Source of the DNA: a virus
Lineage: Duplodnaviria > Caudoviricetes
Reading direction: 5' to 3' (one strand)
IMG/VR virus record: IMGVR_UViG_3300009124_000023
Coordinates: 1 to 51,643 of that record
DNA: 51,643 bases
Of this stretch, positions 26,631 to 36,047 are shown piece by piece. Below the pieces are notes generated by a model. That model was not told the origin of the DNA. It did not search any database and saw only the letters and a list, made by a program, of their open reading frames with translations. The position numbers and the translations under genes are program-made. Numbering within the stretch: the stretch's first letter is position 1; every line of letters starts with the position of its first letter.

Positions 26631-28363
26631 AGTGGGCTAGTATATTATTATTATTTCTGACACTGCCTCTAGTGTTCAATGCTCCACCTCTGGAGATAAT
26701 GCGGCTCAAGACTTTTGATTATCTTGTCGAGACTCCAGAGCCTACAGGTTACTTTACTATCTTAAATATAGATGAAGAATATCTTGACAAACAAGGCGGT
26801 TATCCACTTCCTAGAGCCACATTAGCAGATATCCATCTAAAACTTTTACAAAAAGGTGCGTTAGGTGTTGGTTGGGTTATGTTGTTTCCCCATCCTGATA
26901 GGCTCGGTGGTGATGAAGACTTTGCCTACATGCTCAGCTTAGCTCCTAGTGTGATAGCTATGCCTGAAATAAATAATGACCAGTATCCAGAAACACATGG
27001 TACAGTTATACTTGGTCCTGATGTTACATTACCACAGGCTCAAGGCTTTTTAGAAAATATTCCCCTACTGAAAGAAGCATCTGCTCAAGGAGCAGTCTCA
27101 GTCCCTGTCGATGTCGATAACTTAGTCAGACAGATTCCTCTCATACAACAGACTCCAGAGGGCTGGGTAGCTTCCTTCGGTACAGAAGTATTAAAGATAC
27201 TAGGTGGTGGTAACACTTATCAAATTAAAACCAACGAGAATGGTATTGAGATGGTTAGAGTCAAGGGCATACCAGCTATACCCACAGATAGCCTAGGTAA
27301 GAAATGGATTAGTTGGGTTGATACTCCTCAAACAAATTTAACAGAGATGGATGTTGAAGGTAAGTTTGTCTTTGTTGGGTTTACAGCTAAAGGTATCATG
27401 CCACAAGTTGCAACTCCTGCAGGTTTGTTAGAACCTCATAAAATACAAGCAGCACTTGCAGAATCTATTTTATTAGAGACACCAAGTATTCCAGACTATA
27501 GATTAGTAGTTGAACTAATGTTATTAGTAGTCTCAGGCTTCATAGTTGCAGCTCTAATTAATTATTTAGGTATCACCTTAGGATTGACCTTAGTTACAAT
27601 TTACAAGACTGCTATCAGCTATTTAGGACTTTACCTCATTTCACAAAATGTGTTAATAGATGTAACTTGGACACTTGTTGCAACTTTTATAATCGCTTCA
27701 CAACAATTTTATTTAAACTTTAGAAAGCAATACAAACTAAGACAACAGATTAAAAAACAATTTGAACATTATCTTGACCCTAGACAAGTTAAAAGATTGC
27801 AAAGTAATCCAGAGTTGTTAAAACTAGGTGGCGAAAAAAGAAGATGTACTTTCTTGTTTACCGATGTAAGAGGTTTTACTTCTTTGTCTGAAAGACTAGA
27901 GCCAGAGGAAGTGACAGAGATAATGAACAAAGCTTTGACCATTCAAGCCAATGCAGTAAAAGCAAACGATGGTATGGTGGATAAGTATATTGGTGATGCG
28001 ATGATGGCGATATTCAATGCACCTTTAGATTTAGACAACCATGAAGACAGAGCTATTAAGACAGCTCTTCAAATAGCACACGACATGCAAGAAGCACAGT
28101 TAGGCATTGATATTGGTATCGGAATAAATACAGGCAAAGCTGTTGTAGGTAATATGGGTAGTTCTTCACGATTCGATTATACAGCTATAGGTGATGCAGT
28201 TAATTTAGCAGCTAGACTTGAAAGCTCAACCAAAGAAGTTCAACAAGATATTGTTATTGGTGAGGAGACTATGAAGGGTTCTTCCTACGATTTAGTTGCT
28301 TTAGAGCCTATAAAGGTCAAAGGTAAGGAAAAATCCATCAAAATCTACACAATTTTAGGCTAA
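26627..28363 (+). CDS. CHASE2-domain membrane adenylyl cyclase (class III)
   Basis: NIDEE...GGYPLPR, PDRLGGDEDFA, DVDNLVRQIP CHASE2 motifs; 3 TMs; FTDVRGFT, DKYIGDA, YTAIGDAVNLAARLE. Confidence 0.92.
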   Translation: MKWASILLLFLTLPLVFNAPPLEIMRLKTFDYLVETPEPTGYFTILNIDEEYLDKQGGYPLPRATLADIHLKLLQKGALGVGWVMLFPHPDRLGGDEDFAYMLSLAPSVIAMPEINNDQYPETHGTVILGPDVTLPQAQGFLENIPLLKEASAQGAVSVPVDVDNLVRQIPLIQQTPEGWVASFGTEVLKILGGGNTYQIKTNENGIEMVRVKGIPAIPTDSLGKKWISWVDTPQTNLTEMDVEGKFVFVGFTAKGIMPQVATPAGLLEPHKIQAALAESILLETPSIPDYRLVVELMLLVVSGFIVAALINYLGITLGLTLVTIYKTAISYLGLYLISQNVLIDVTWTLVATFIIASQQFYLNFRKQYKLRQQIKKQFEHYLDPRQVKRLQSNPELLKLGGEKRRCTFLFTDVRGFTSLSERLEPEEVTEIMNKALTIQANAVKANDGMVDKYIGDAMMAIFNAPLDLDNHEDRAIKTALQIAHDMQEAQLGIDIGIGINTGKAVVGNMGSSSRFDYTAIGDAVNLAARLESSTKEVQQDIVIGEETMKGSSYDLVALEPIKVKGKEKSIKIYTILG

Positions 28364-28374
28364 ACTGCATAGGA

Positions 28375-28475
28375 GACTCTCAGAGGCTCTGTAACGAATT
28401 TAATAGCTTTTTGGACGTATAGTATTCCTTACTCTTAATCAATACGTTACAGGCGATTCTATGAGGTCATTTTTT
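28375..28475. terminator. Long imperfect inverted repeat at the convergence of late and early/middle transcription
   Basis: CTGTAACG (28389) / CGTTACAG (28445) with extended flanking pairing and a T-run at 28470. Confidence 0.45.
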
Positions 28476-28483
28476 AAAAAATT

Positions 28484-28705
28484 CTAATTTTTGATGGCAT
28501 TTATTTCACCTTCAAGATAATGATGAATTTTATTTAATTTTTCTCGACCTTGCTTAATTATTGTTTCCATAATCTTAGCTTCGTGTCCAGTAAAAACTTT
28601 CTCCACATCTTTTAAAGGTAGTCCGGAAACTTCAGTTATTAATTTTCCAGTGTCATCAAACAATATTCTATAGGATAAAATATTTGCTTCTCTTGTTTGG
28701 TCCAT
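28484..28705 (-). CDS. Hypothetical protein
   Basis: Coupled to the nrdB stop. Confidence 0.7.
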   Translation of the reverse strand: MDQTREANILSYRILFDDTGKLITEVSGLPLKDVEKVFTGHEAKIMETIIKQGREKLNKIHHYLEGEINAIKN

Positions 28706-29676
28706 TATTCAATATCACTAAATGTAATTTTATCTTGCTTACCTCTTAGTCCTGCTTTCATATATGAAGTGGCTCTACCCTCAAAGAAGTTTTGATGTTC
28801 AACACCCATAACTTCATCTAACCATGGTAACGGATTATCTCTTTGGTCATAATTGGTTTTTAATCCCAACTGCAATAATCTTCTATCAGCTATGTATCTA
28901 TTGTATTTATACATATCTTCTTTTGTTAGTCCTTCGATGTCTCCCATCTCAAATACTAAGTCTAAGAACCTATCCTCAAGTTCTACCATCTTACGACAGA
29001 TGTCATAGATTTCTTTTTTGAAATCGTCAGTCCAGATAGAAATGTTTTCTTTGATAAATTCTCTAAAGACTTTAGTCATACCTTCCACATGTAAAGATTC
29101 ATCACGGATAGAATAGGTAACTATTTGACCCATGCCTTTCATCTTACCGAACCTTGGAAAGTTTAACAAAATTGCAAAGCTAGAAAATAACTGTAAGCCT
29201 TCAGTAAATGCAGAATAAACTGCTAACGTTTTGGCAATCGTTTCTTTATTTGCTTTAGATGGTTTGAAGTTACCAATGTAATCATGTTTGTTAGCCATCT
29301 CTTCATACTCAGCAAAGGCTTGGTATTCTGCTTCTGGCATTCCAACTGTGTCTAATAATAAACTGTAAGCATGTTGATGGATGGATTCCATATTAGCAAA
29401 AGAAGTCATCATCATTCTTGCTTCAGGTTTTTTAAATAACCTCATATACTTATTGGTATAACCTTCACCAACATCCACATCAGACTGCGTAAACAGTCTA
29501 AAGATTTGTGTTAATAAATTCTTTTCATTGTCTGTCAAGTCTTGCCAGTCTTTAACATCAGTGTGTAAAGGTACTGACTCCGGCATCCAATGCATTTGAT
29601 TCTGTAAGACATAGTAGTCAAACATCCAAGGGTATTCAAAAGGTTTGTAGTATTCTCTTCTAGTTAGTAAGCTCAT
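28705..29676 (-). CDS. nrdB: Ribonucleotide reductase class I beta subunit
   Basis: HWMPESVP, FTQSD, MESIH..AY, EGLQLFSSF, RDESLH, NFFE. Confidence 0.95.
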   Translation of the reverse strand: MSLLTRREYYKPFEYPWMFDYYVLQNQMHWMPESVPLHTDVKDWQDLTDNEKNLLTQIFRLFTQSDVDVGEGYTNKYMRLFKKPEARMMMTSFANMESIHQHAYSLLLDTVGMPEAEYQAFAEYEEMANKHDYIGNFKPSKANKETIAKTLAVYSAFTEGLQLFSSFAILLNFPRFGKMKGMGQIVTYSIRDESLHVEGMTKVFREFIKENISIWTDDFKKEIYDICRKMVELEDRFLDLVFEMGDIEGLTKEDMYKYNRYIADRRLLQLGLKTNYDQRDNPLPWLDEVMGVEHQNFFEGRATSYMKAGLRGKQDKITFSDIE

Positions 29677-29889
29677 TTATTCTCCAAAATATTTATTTAG
29701 CATCTCAAGCTTATCATCATAACTCGCCATCAATTCTAATTCTTTTTCAATCGTCTCCATAATGTCTGGATGTTCTGCAACACCCACACCTTTCCATAAT
29801 AAAACTTCAATGTTCATTCTGTGTTTATGTACACTTGCTAATAAATGTTTTTTTGAAGCTTCTATTATTTCTCCTCTAAATTCGTCCAT
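29677..29889 (-). CDS. Conserved small phage protein
   Basis: NIEVLL..GVGVAEHPDIMETIEKEL motif. Confidence 0.75.
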   Translation of the reverse strand: MDEFRGEIIEASKKHLLASVHKHRMNIEVLLWKGVGVAEHPDIMETIEKELELMASYDDKLEMLNKYFGE

Positions 29890-30041
29890 TATTTTCCTTG
29901 TCCTCTATATTTTTTAAAGTTACGTTTATAATTTTTATTCATGGTAGAAGTTGCTAAGTTCTTTCTACCTTGACTTGTTTTCTTTCCTCTTATACCGGTA
30001 ACTGGTACATGAGTTGTTCCACTATTCCACTTAGCTGCCAT
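29889..30041 (-). CDS. Small basic phage protein (50 aa, ends KKYRGQGK), not in ORF track
   Basis: Hand translation; stop/start-coupled on both sides. Confidence 0.75.
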   Translation of the reverse strand: MAAKWNSGTTHVPVTGIRGKKTSQGRKNLATSTMNKNYKRNFKKYRGQGK

Positions 30042-31933
30042 TACCCCTCACAAGCGATACAGTCAACCTCGTCAAGTTTGATACGAGGTACTTTAACATT
30101 TACATTCTCAGTAGCTCTTGCAGCATTTGACCTGAAGTAGTAAAGTGATTTTAGTTTATGCATACCATACCAATGAACATCATTAATATATTGCATATAG
30201 TCTGTATGAGTATCTTGAGGTGCTGTCGCACTTGGTAAATTGAAAAATAGATTTACACTCTGTGCTTGGCAAACAAACTCTTGTCTTTTATAAGCATGTT
30301 CAATTACCCATATCTGATTTATCTCATCAGCAGTTTTAAATATTTCTTTTTCATCATCTGTAAAAATATCTAGATGTTGAATAGAACCATTACTACCTGA
30401 GATATCTTTCCATAGTTTTTCTTTCTCATCTTTAGTTAGTTTCTTTTTATTAACAACATTTTCTAAGTATCTATTCTTAACTTGGTAAGTGCCTGAGAGA
30501 GTCTTGTGTGTATAAACGTTAGCACGATATGGCTCAATCGAAGGAGATGTCCCCCCACAAATAATACTAGAAGAGGCATTAGGAGCAATAGCAAGAAGAT
30601 GCATATTACGAATGTTGTTACTGCCTGAGTCAGGACATGCACCACGTCTGTCTGCAAGTTCTTTAGTTGCTTTGACAGCTTTGCTTTTGATGTGTTTGAA
30701 ACATTGATAGTTGACTCCAGTTGCTGACATCCCTTCAAAAGGTATTCCTTTAGATTGGAGATAGGCATGGAAACCCATTGCTCCCAAACCGATTGACCTT
30801 TCTCGGTATGCTGAGAAGGCTGCTCTGGCATAACCTTCTTTTTCTTCTTTGAGGTATTTTGTAAATCTTTTATAGTTGGCATTGTATTCTCCTAGTGCTT
30901 CAACATCCACAACCTGTTCAATAAAGTGTTGAATAACATTATCTAACATAGTAATTAAATCAGGAATGAATTGTTTATTATCTTTCCAATCGTCAAACTT
31001 TTCTAAATTAACACTGGACAAACAACAGACTGCGGTTCTTTCCTCATTCGTGGCTAATGTTATTTCAGAACATAAATTACTTTGTTTTATTTCTAGTCCT
31101 AAATCTTTTTGTGACTTTGGTAAATGCTCATTACAGGTATCAATATTAATCATATAAGGTTCACCTGTCTCTGCTCTAGCATTTATTAGTTGCCACCATA
31201 AGGCACGAGCATTAAGGGTTCTTACCGGTTTATTTGTTTTAGGGTCAATCAATCTCCAGTCTTCATCATTCTTTACAGCTTGTAAAAAATCATTAGTTAG
31301 ATTAACTCCGTTGTGTAAGTTTAAACACTTTCTATTTATATCACCACCAGATTCTTTTCTCATGTTGATAAACTCTTCAATCTCAGGATGTGAAATATCA
31401 AGATAAGCAGCATAACTACCACGTCTTGTCACTCCTTGATTGAAGGCTAACATCTGTGAATCTACCACATGCATGAATGGTATGCAACCAGTAGACTTAC
31501 TGCCGTTAGAAGTAGATATGCCATTGCTACGGATATCTCCCCAATATCCACCGATGCCTCCACCTGCACTTGCCAACCAAATGTTCTCGTCATAATGAGA
31601 AGATAGCCCAGTCCTACTGTCAGGTACATAATTAAGGAAGCAGCTGATAGGTAGACCACGACTGGTTCCTCCGTTACTAAGGATAGGAGTGCTAAACATG
31701 AACCAATGTAAGGAACTGTAATCATAAAGTCTCTGAGCCAACTCAAAGTCTGTAGTGTGTTTAAACGTGGCAGCAAAGACTGCAGCCCTTGCCAAAGCTT
31801 CTTGAGCATGTGTTTCCTCCTTCCAGAAATATCTATCTTTTAATGTATCTAAACTAAATTTATCAAACTTAGTTTCTCTATTGTAATCTATTGTTATACC
31901 TAAGTATTCTTTTTTGCCTACTTTATCTACCAT
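30041..31933 (-). CDS. nrdA: Ribonucleotide reductase class I alpha subunit (no ATP cone evident)
   Basis: STPILSN, ISCF, SNLCSE, VCCLSS, APNASSS, SLYY, C-terminal CIACEG. Confidence 0.95.
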   Translation of the reverse strand: MVDKVGKKEYLGITIDYNRETKFDKFSLDTLKDRYFWKEETHAQEALARAAVFAATFKHTTDFELAQRLYDYSSLHWFMFSTPILSNGGTSRGLPISCFLNYVPDSRTGLSSHYDENIWLASAGGGIGGYWGDIRSNGISTSNGSKSTGCIPFMHVVDSQMLAFNQGVTRRGSYAAYLDISHPEIEEFINMRKESGGDINRKCLNLHNGVNLTNDFLQAVKNDEDWRLIDPKTNKPVRTLNARALWWQLINARAETGEPYMINIDTCNEHLPKSQKDLGLEIKQSNLCSEITLATNEERTAVCCLSSVNLEKFDDWKDNKQFIPDLITMLDNVIQHFIEQVVDVEALGEYNANYKRFTKYLKEEKEGYARAAFSAYRERSIGLGAMGFHAYLQSKGIPFEGMSATGVNYQCFKHIKSKAVKATKELADRRGACPDSGSNNIRNMHLLAIAPNASSSIICGGTSPSIEPYRANVYTHKTLSGTYQVKNRYLENVVNKKKLTKDEKEKLWKDISGSNGSIQHLDIFTDDEKEIFKTADEINQIWVIEHAYKRQEFVCQAQSVNLFFNLPSATAPQDTHTDYMQYINDVHWYGMHKLKSLYYFRSNAARATENVNVKVPRIKLDEVDCIACEG

Positions 31934-32214
31934 TATTCTCCTGTCTTAAAAAATTTATCTGTTTCATCGTGTATGTGTAACATAATTATACCATAGTGTA
32001 GTATCTTCATTAAGTCTTTTCTATTACGACCTTCTTTATTACCATAACGTTTGGCATATTTCATAATGTTGCCCATGCAAAACCCTGTCCCATGTCCAGA
32101 ATCAATAATAACATCTGTAGCTTGGTACTTATCTGTAGCATAATGTTGACCATAGGTGTCATATATATATCGTTGTAGTTCTTCAACTAATTTATCTTCA
32201 TTAAATTTATACAT
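31933..32214 (-). CDS. DUF3310 / T7 gp1.7-like protein
   Basis: QHY...GFCMGNIMKYAKRYGNK...DLMKILHY. Confidence 0.7.
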   Translation of the reverse strand: MYKFNEDKLVEELQRYIYDTYGQHYATDKYQATDVIIDSGHGTGFCMGNIMKYAKRYGNKEGRNRKDLMKILHYGIIMLHIHDETDKFFKTGE

Positions 32215-32464
32215 TTGGTATTCCTAAATCTTTTAATGTTACCTCTGGGTTTTTCTTTACCTGTTTATAAAACCAACGTAAAGAATAAGCACTTAACATT
32301 AATTTATTATTAGCAAAGATATGAGTCTGTTGAGGTAAGAACTCATCTAAGTTATTTATTGTTATCTTTGAAGTGTCCTCACCTTCCGGCACCATAGTCT
32401 TTAACCATTCAATGAGCAGTTCTTTACTTCGTCTTCTTAATTGTTTAGCTTTCTTTCCGTTCAT
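32207..32464 (-). CDS. Hypothetical protein
   Basis: MNGKKAKQLRR start, coupled ORF. Confidence 0.7.
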   Translation of the reverse strand: MNGKKAKQLRRRSKELLIEWLKTMVPEGEDTSKITINNLDEFLPQQTHIFANNKLMLSAYSLRWFYKQVKKNPEVTLKDLGIPNV

Positions 32465-33329
32465 ATTTTATCTCATCTACTCTAGGTGGATTAGGTGTCT
32501 GTGTCATATAAACTAAGCCCTTAGAGTACTTGAATACCCTAAGTCCCTGACCTTCGTTGGAATCTTTATGACACTCGAATTTGTGACGGCAATAGGTACA
32601 CTCACGAGGGAGTTTCATGTTACCTAATTTACCCTCAGGTATATTATTATAGCAAAAATCTGGGGGACTGTCAATAGCTATGACGTTTTTAACGTCCTTT
32701 ATTTTCTTCTTAATGTTTGGCTTGTCAAAATTATCAGGTTTGAATAAAGCCAACTCACCACTTTCTTTATTGAGGGCTAAGAAAGCACCACCATTTGTGC
32801 CTTCAGCTGCTTCATAACCAGTCAACTGAGCCATGTAACCAAAAGCATCATCTTCTGGTAAAGTTCCGTCTTTAAATTTTCTAAAGCCATAGCCTGAAGC
32901 CGTCTTAACATCAACAACTTCGCCATCTATGATACAGTCCATATGTCCTTTTATACCTTCAACTTCAATGGCTTTTTGTTCACCGGTTACTGTATGCCCA
33001 GACATTTTAACTAAGAATAAAACTATCTCTTCTAATAAATGTCCATACAAAAACTTAATAAAAACTGAGGGTGGTATCTTCTCTGGTTCTGAGTCCGACT
33101 TTACATCATACCAGAGTTGTCGTAGTGGTCTTCCAATATTAGACATTCTTAATTTCTCATTACTACGAGGTTCAGGGTTGGACCACTTGCGTAGTATTTC
33201 TTTCATTGACTCACCGAACTTGTCAATGTCCTTCTCTTTAATGTCTAATGAACCACCCTCGCCAAGGACTGAGAGTTTCTCATATATATCTGATACTAAG
33301 GTATCAATCGTTTTCTTTTTCTTCGGCAT
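32445..33329 (-). CDS. PD-(D/E)XK exonuclease, Cas4/RecB-like
   Basis: GHMD...DVKTAS, Q-x-x-x-Y motif, C-terminal CTYCRHKFEC. Confidence 0.8.
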   Translation of the reverse strand: MPKKKKTIDTLVSDIYEKLSVLGEGGSLDIKEKDIDKFGESMKEILRKWSNPEPRSNEKLRMSNIGRPLRQLWYDVKSDSEPEKIPPSVFIKFLYGHLLEEIVLFLVKMSGHTVTGEQKAIEVEGIKGHMDCIIDGEVVDVKTASGYGFRKFKDGTLPEDDAFGYMAQLTGYEAAEGTNGGAFLALNKESGELALFKPDNFDKPNIKKKIKDVKNVIAIDSPPDFCYNNIPEGKLGNMKLPRECTYCRHKFECHKDSNEGQGLRVFKYSKGLVYMTQTPNPPRVDEIKYERKES

Positions 33330-33735
33330 CTGCCAACTCCTTAAATGCTTTAACTACATCTGATGAAAATAATTTAGGTAAGTTGACAAGATACATTCGA
33401 CTTGCATTACCATCACCACCTGCCACACTTCTAAAATTATCTAACTGAGAGACAATCTTTTTTAATGTTGAGGTTTTAAAAACTAAAGTACAATACTCAT
33501 CTTCACCAATGCAAAGATTATGAAACCAGTAGTCTGATTCAGTTGCCATAATACCAGAGGGTTTGTTCCAGCATTCATATTCAATAGCAATGTTGCCACT
33601 CTTTTGCCAAATATCACGTTCAGATTTAACTTCTATTTTAGCTTTGGAAAATATATCTGCTATCTTGTCTTCTCGTATTTGACCATACTTTAAGTCTAGG
33701 TCAAACTTTTTTCTGTCTTCTTTTTTAGGTTTCAT
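33304..33735 (-). CDS. Putative PD-(D/E)XK endonuclease
   Basis: IEVKSERD...GNIAIEY...PSGIMATESDYW. Confidence 0.65.
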   Translation of the reverse strand: MKPKKEDRKKFDLDLKYGQIREDKIADIFSKAKIEVKSERDIWQKSGNIAIEYECWNKPSGIMATESDYWFHNLCIGEDEYCTLVFKTSTLKKIVSQLDNFRSVAGGDGNASRMYLVNLPKLFSSDVVKAFKELADAEEKEND

Positions 33736-34333
33736 CTTTTAATTCTACCTCATCAATAAAAAATTTTGTTAAGAAACTTTCTATACTACCTGTTTGATAA
33801 TATGTTTTATTCCATTTACCATCAGAATTTTTGTTTCGCCACTTACCTTCACCTATAATATATTGATAATAATATCTTTTTCTATTTCCTTTACCATCTT
33901 TTCTAGGAATAATTTTACTAATTAACGTAGCTACATTACCATCTATTGTATGTTCTATCTTAGCATAATTTAAAACTTGAGTAACATCTTCAACTGTTTC
34001 TATACTGCTTTTAAATGCTGGTGTTTCTTGTTTAGCAGTTAAAAATCTTTCATAAAAATCTTTAATGCCTTTTGAGTGGTAATGTTTTTCGGGATAATTA
34101 CTTTTTTTAGAGAAAGGTGCCCATCTTCCTGTAGTATAATAATATGCATAAGATTTATTTTTATAATATATCCAAAGCATCGTGGCTCCCTGTCTTACAT
34201 CATATTCTAATTTTTTCTTATCTAAAAAATCAGTAACCTCATCAAGTGTTTCTGAAGTATGATGTTTAAAGATAACTTTATTTTTAGAATTTCTTCTACT
34301 AAAACTCCAATTATATTCGTTAGTGTGTTTCAC
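33725..34333 (-). CDS. AT-rich hypothetical protein with an internal domain duplication
   Basis: Two similar halves (ETLDEVTDFL...YYYTTGRW...IKDFYERF / ETVEDVTQVL...YIIGEGKW...IESFLTKF). Confidence 0.7.
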   Translation of the reverse strand: MKHTNEYNWSFSRRNSKNKVIFKHHTSETLDEVTDFLDKKKLEYDVRQGATMLWIYYKNKSYAYYYTTGRWAPFSKKSNYPEKHYHSKGIKDFYERFLTAKQETPAFKSSIETVEDVTQVLNYAKIEHTIDGNVATLISKIIPRKDGKGNRKRYYYQYIIGEGKWRNKNSDGKWNKTYYQTGSIESFLTKFFIDEVELKDET

Positions 34334-36047
34334 TCCAGTTTTCTCCTACTTTAAATTCACCATCAAGAGGACATCTTAAATTATAATGTTCTCCTGCATC
34401 AATTATAGATTGTACAGCTAACTGCCCAACCTTATTGACTTGGCATTGTCTAACTTCTATCTGCCACTCATCGTGTATGTTGGCAACAAACTTATAATCA
34501 ATGTCAGATAATTGTAATCTATTATCTAACAGAGCTAAACCTTTTTTCATAACAATAGCACCTGCACTTTGTAATAAAGTATTCAAAGCAGCATGTGCCG
34601 TTCTAACAAATACCTTTCTGCCGTCTAATGCCTTGAGGTATTTTTTTGTTGCTGCTCTTTGAACCCTATCTCTAAGTGTCTTGAATGATGGCTTATTAGC
34701 AAAGAAATGTTTTCTAATTCTTGAACCATCTCCTTTAGTTCCTCCAACCACTTTTCCAAGCTTTTCATCTCCTGCTCCGTACATGAGGGCATAGATGAAT
34801 GTCTTCGCCTGATTTCTAGATTCAAGTCCAGCAAGTTTTTGATTAGAGGTGTGTACGTCTCCATTAATGATTTCATTTATAAAGTCCTCATCTTTCATGT
34901 AGTGAGCTAACATTCTTATTTCAAGACCACTAGCATCCACTCCAATTAATTTATAATCTTCATCGACAATCCAACAAGCACGACATTCCTTACCATAAGG
35001 TGAAGCAAGGCTAGGAACTTGAGCCATGTTAGGATTTCTATGTGTCATCCTGCCGGTGATTGTACCATTAGGAATAACAAAACCATGCACACGACCATCA
35101 TCTCGGACTGCTTCAATCCATGAATCAATCTGTGCTATGCGTTTTTGTAGTAATAAATATTCAGCTATAAGTTTAGCTTCATAAATATGTGTAATCTCAG
35201 ATAGAGTTTTCTCATCAACAATCGGTTGTCCTGTCGGAGTAAATCTCTCCGGCTTCCAACCCATCTCTGTTAAGTATTCTCCTATCTGTTTTCTAGAACC
35301 AAGATTGAATGGCTCAAGCTTTCGTCTCATAAAAGGTTTAGTGTCACCCGTACTCAGACAGTCCTGATATTCGTCATCAGTCAAACCTCTTTTAGAAAGA
35401 GAGCCATCCTTCTTGATATATGGTGTTACAAGTTTATCGTCTACCCATCTAGGTTTAAACGTCTTGTGAACTTCGTCTTCAACTTCTTGTAGTCTTTCTC
35501 TGAGCTGAGCAAGTAAAAGAGCAGCAGCTTTACCATCAAACTTAAAGCCGTTGTCTTCCTGTGTTCGCATAACTTTCGCTACTTGATGTTCAAGTTCAAC
35601 ACTTTCTTTAGAGAATCCTATTGATTCTTGTTTAAGTTTTTTATAAACCAAAGTATTTAATTGCACATCCCTTACACAATATTGCAACATTTCAGAAGAA
35701 TAATTTTGATAGTCTTCAAATTCAATCTTACGATAACGTAAACGATATCCCCAGTTGTCAAGGCTATGTCCACCTTCTCGTGTTGGATTAAACAATCTTG
35801 ATAAGACTAAAGTATCAACAACATTGTCAGTTAATTTAACATCACTAAACTTTTCAACCATTGGAATATCAAAGCCAAGTATGTTATGACCTATAAGTTG
35901 CTCAGCAGATTCTAAGAGTTCATAACCTTTGTCCAAATTATCTGGACCAAACTTATAAATCTTGTTTGAATCTACATCTTGAGCAACGATACACCAAATC
36001 TTAGTGGCATTTAAATCATCTGTCTCAATGTCAAATACTAATTTCAA
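34320..36047 (-). CDS. polA: Family A DNA polymerase (T7 gp5-like) with 3'-5' exonuclease
   Basis: FDIETD, GHNILGFD, DASGLEIR, RNQAKTFIYALMYG, NIHDEWQ. Confidence 0.95.
   Translation of the reverse strand: MKLVFDIETDDLNATKIWCIVAQDVDSNKIYKFGPDNLDKGYELLESAEQLIGHNILGFDIPMVEKFSDVKLTDNVVDTLVLSRLFNPTREGGHSLDNWGYRLRYRKIEFEDYQNYSSEMLQYCVRDVQLNTLVYKKLKQESIGFSKESVELEHQVAKVMRTQEDNGFKFDGKAAALLLAQLRERLQEVEDEVHKTFKPRWVDDKLVTPYIKKDGSLSKRGLTDDEYQDCLSTGDTKPFMRRKLEPFNLGSRKQIGEYLTEMGWKPERFTPTGQPIVDEKTLSEITHIYEAKLIAEYLLLQKRIAQIDSWIEAVRDDGRVHGFVIPNGTITGRMTHRNPNMAQVPSLASPYGKECRACWIVDEDYKLIGVDASGLEIRMLAHYMKDEDFINEIINGDVHTSNQKLAGLESRNQAKTFIYALMYGAGDEKLGKVVGGTKGDGSRIRKHFFANKPSFKTLRDRVQRAATKKYLKALDGRKVFVRTAHAALNTLLQSAGAIVMKKGLALLDNRLQLSDIDYKFVANIHDEWQIEVRQCQVNKVGQLAVQSIIDAGEHYNLRCPLDGEFKVGENWSETH

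Noticed and set aside
26627-28363. Pycsar/CBASS-type defence cyclase
   Set aside because: It is a membrane sensor architecture with adenine-specifying residues, and no cyclic-nucleotide-binding effector gene is adjacent.
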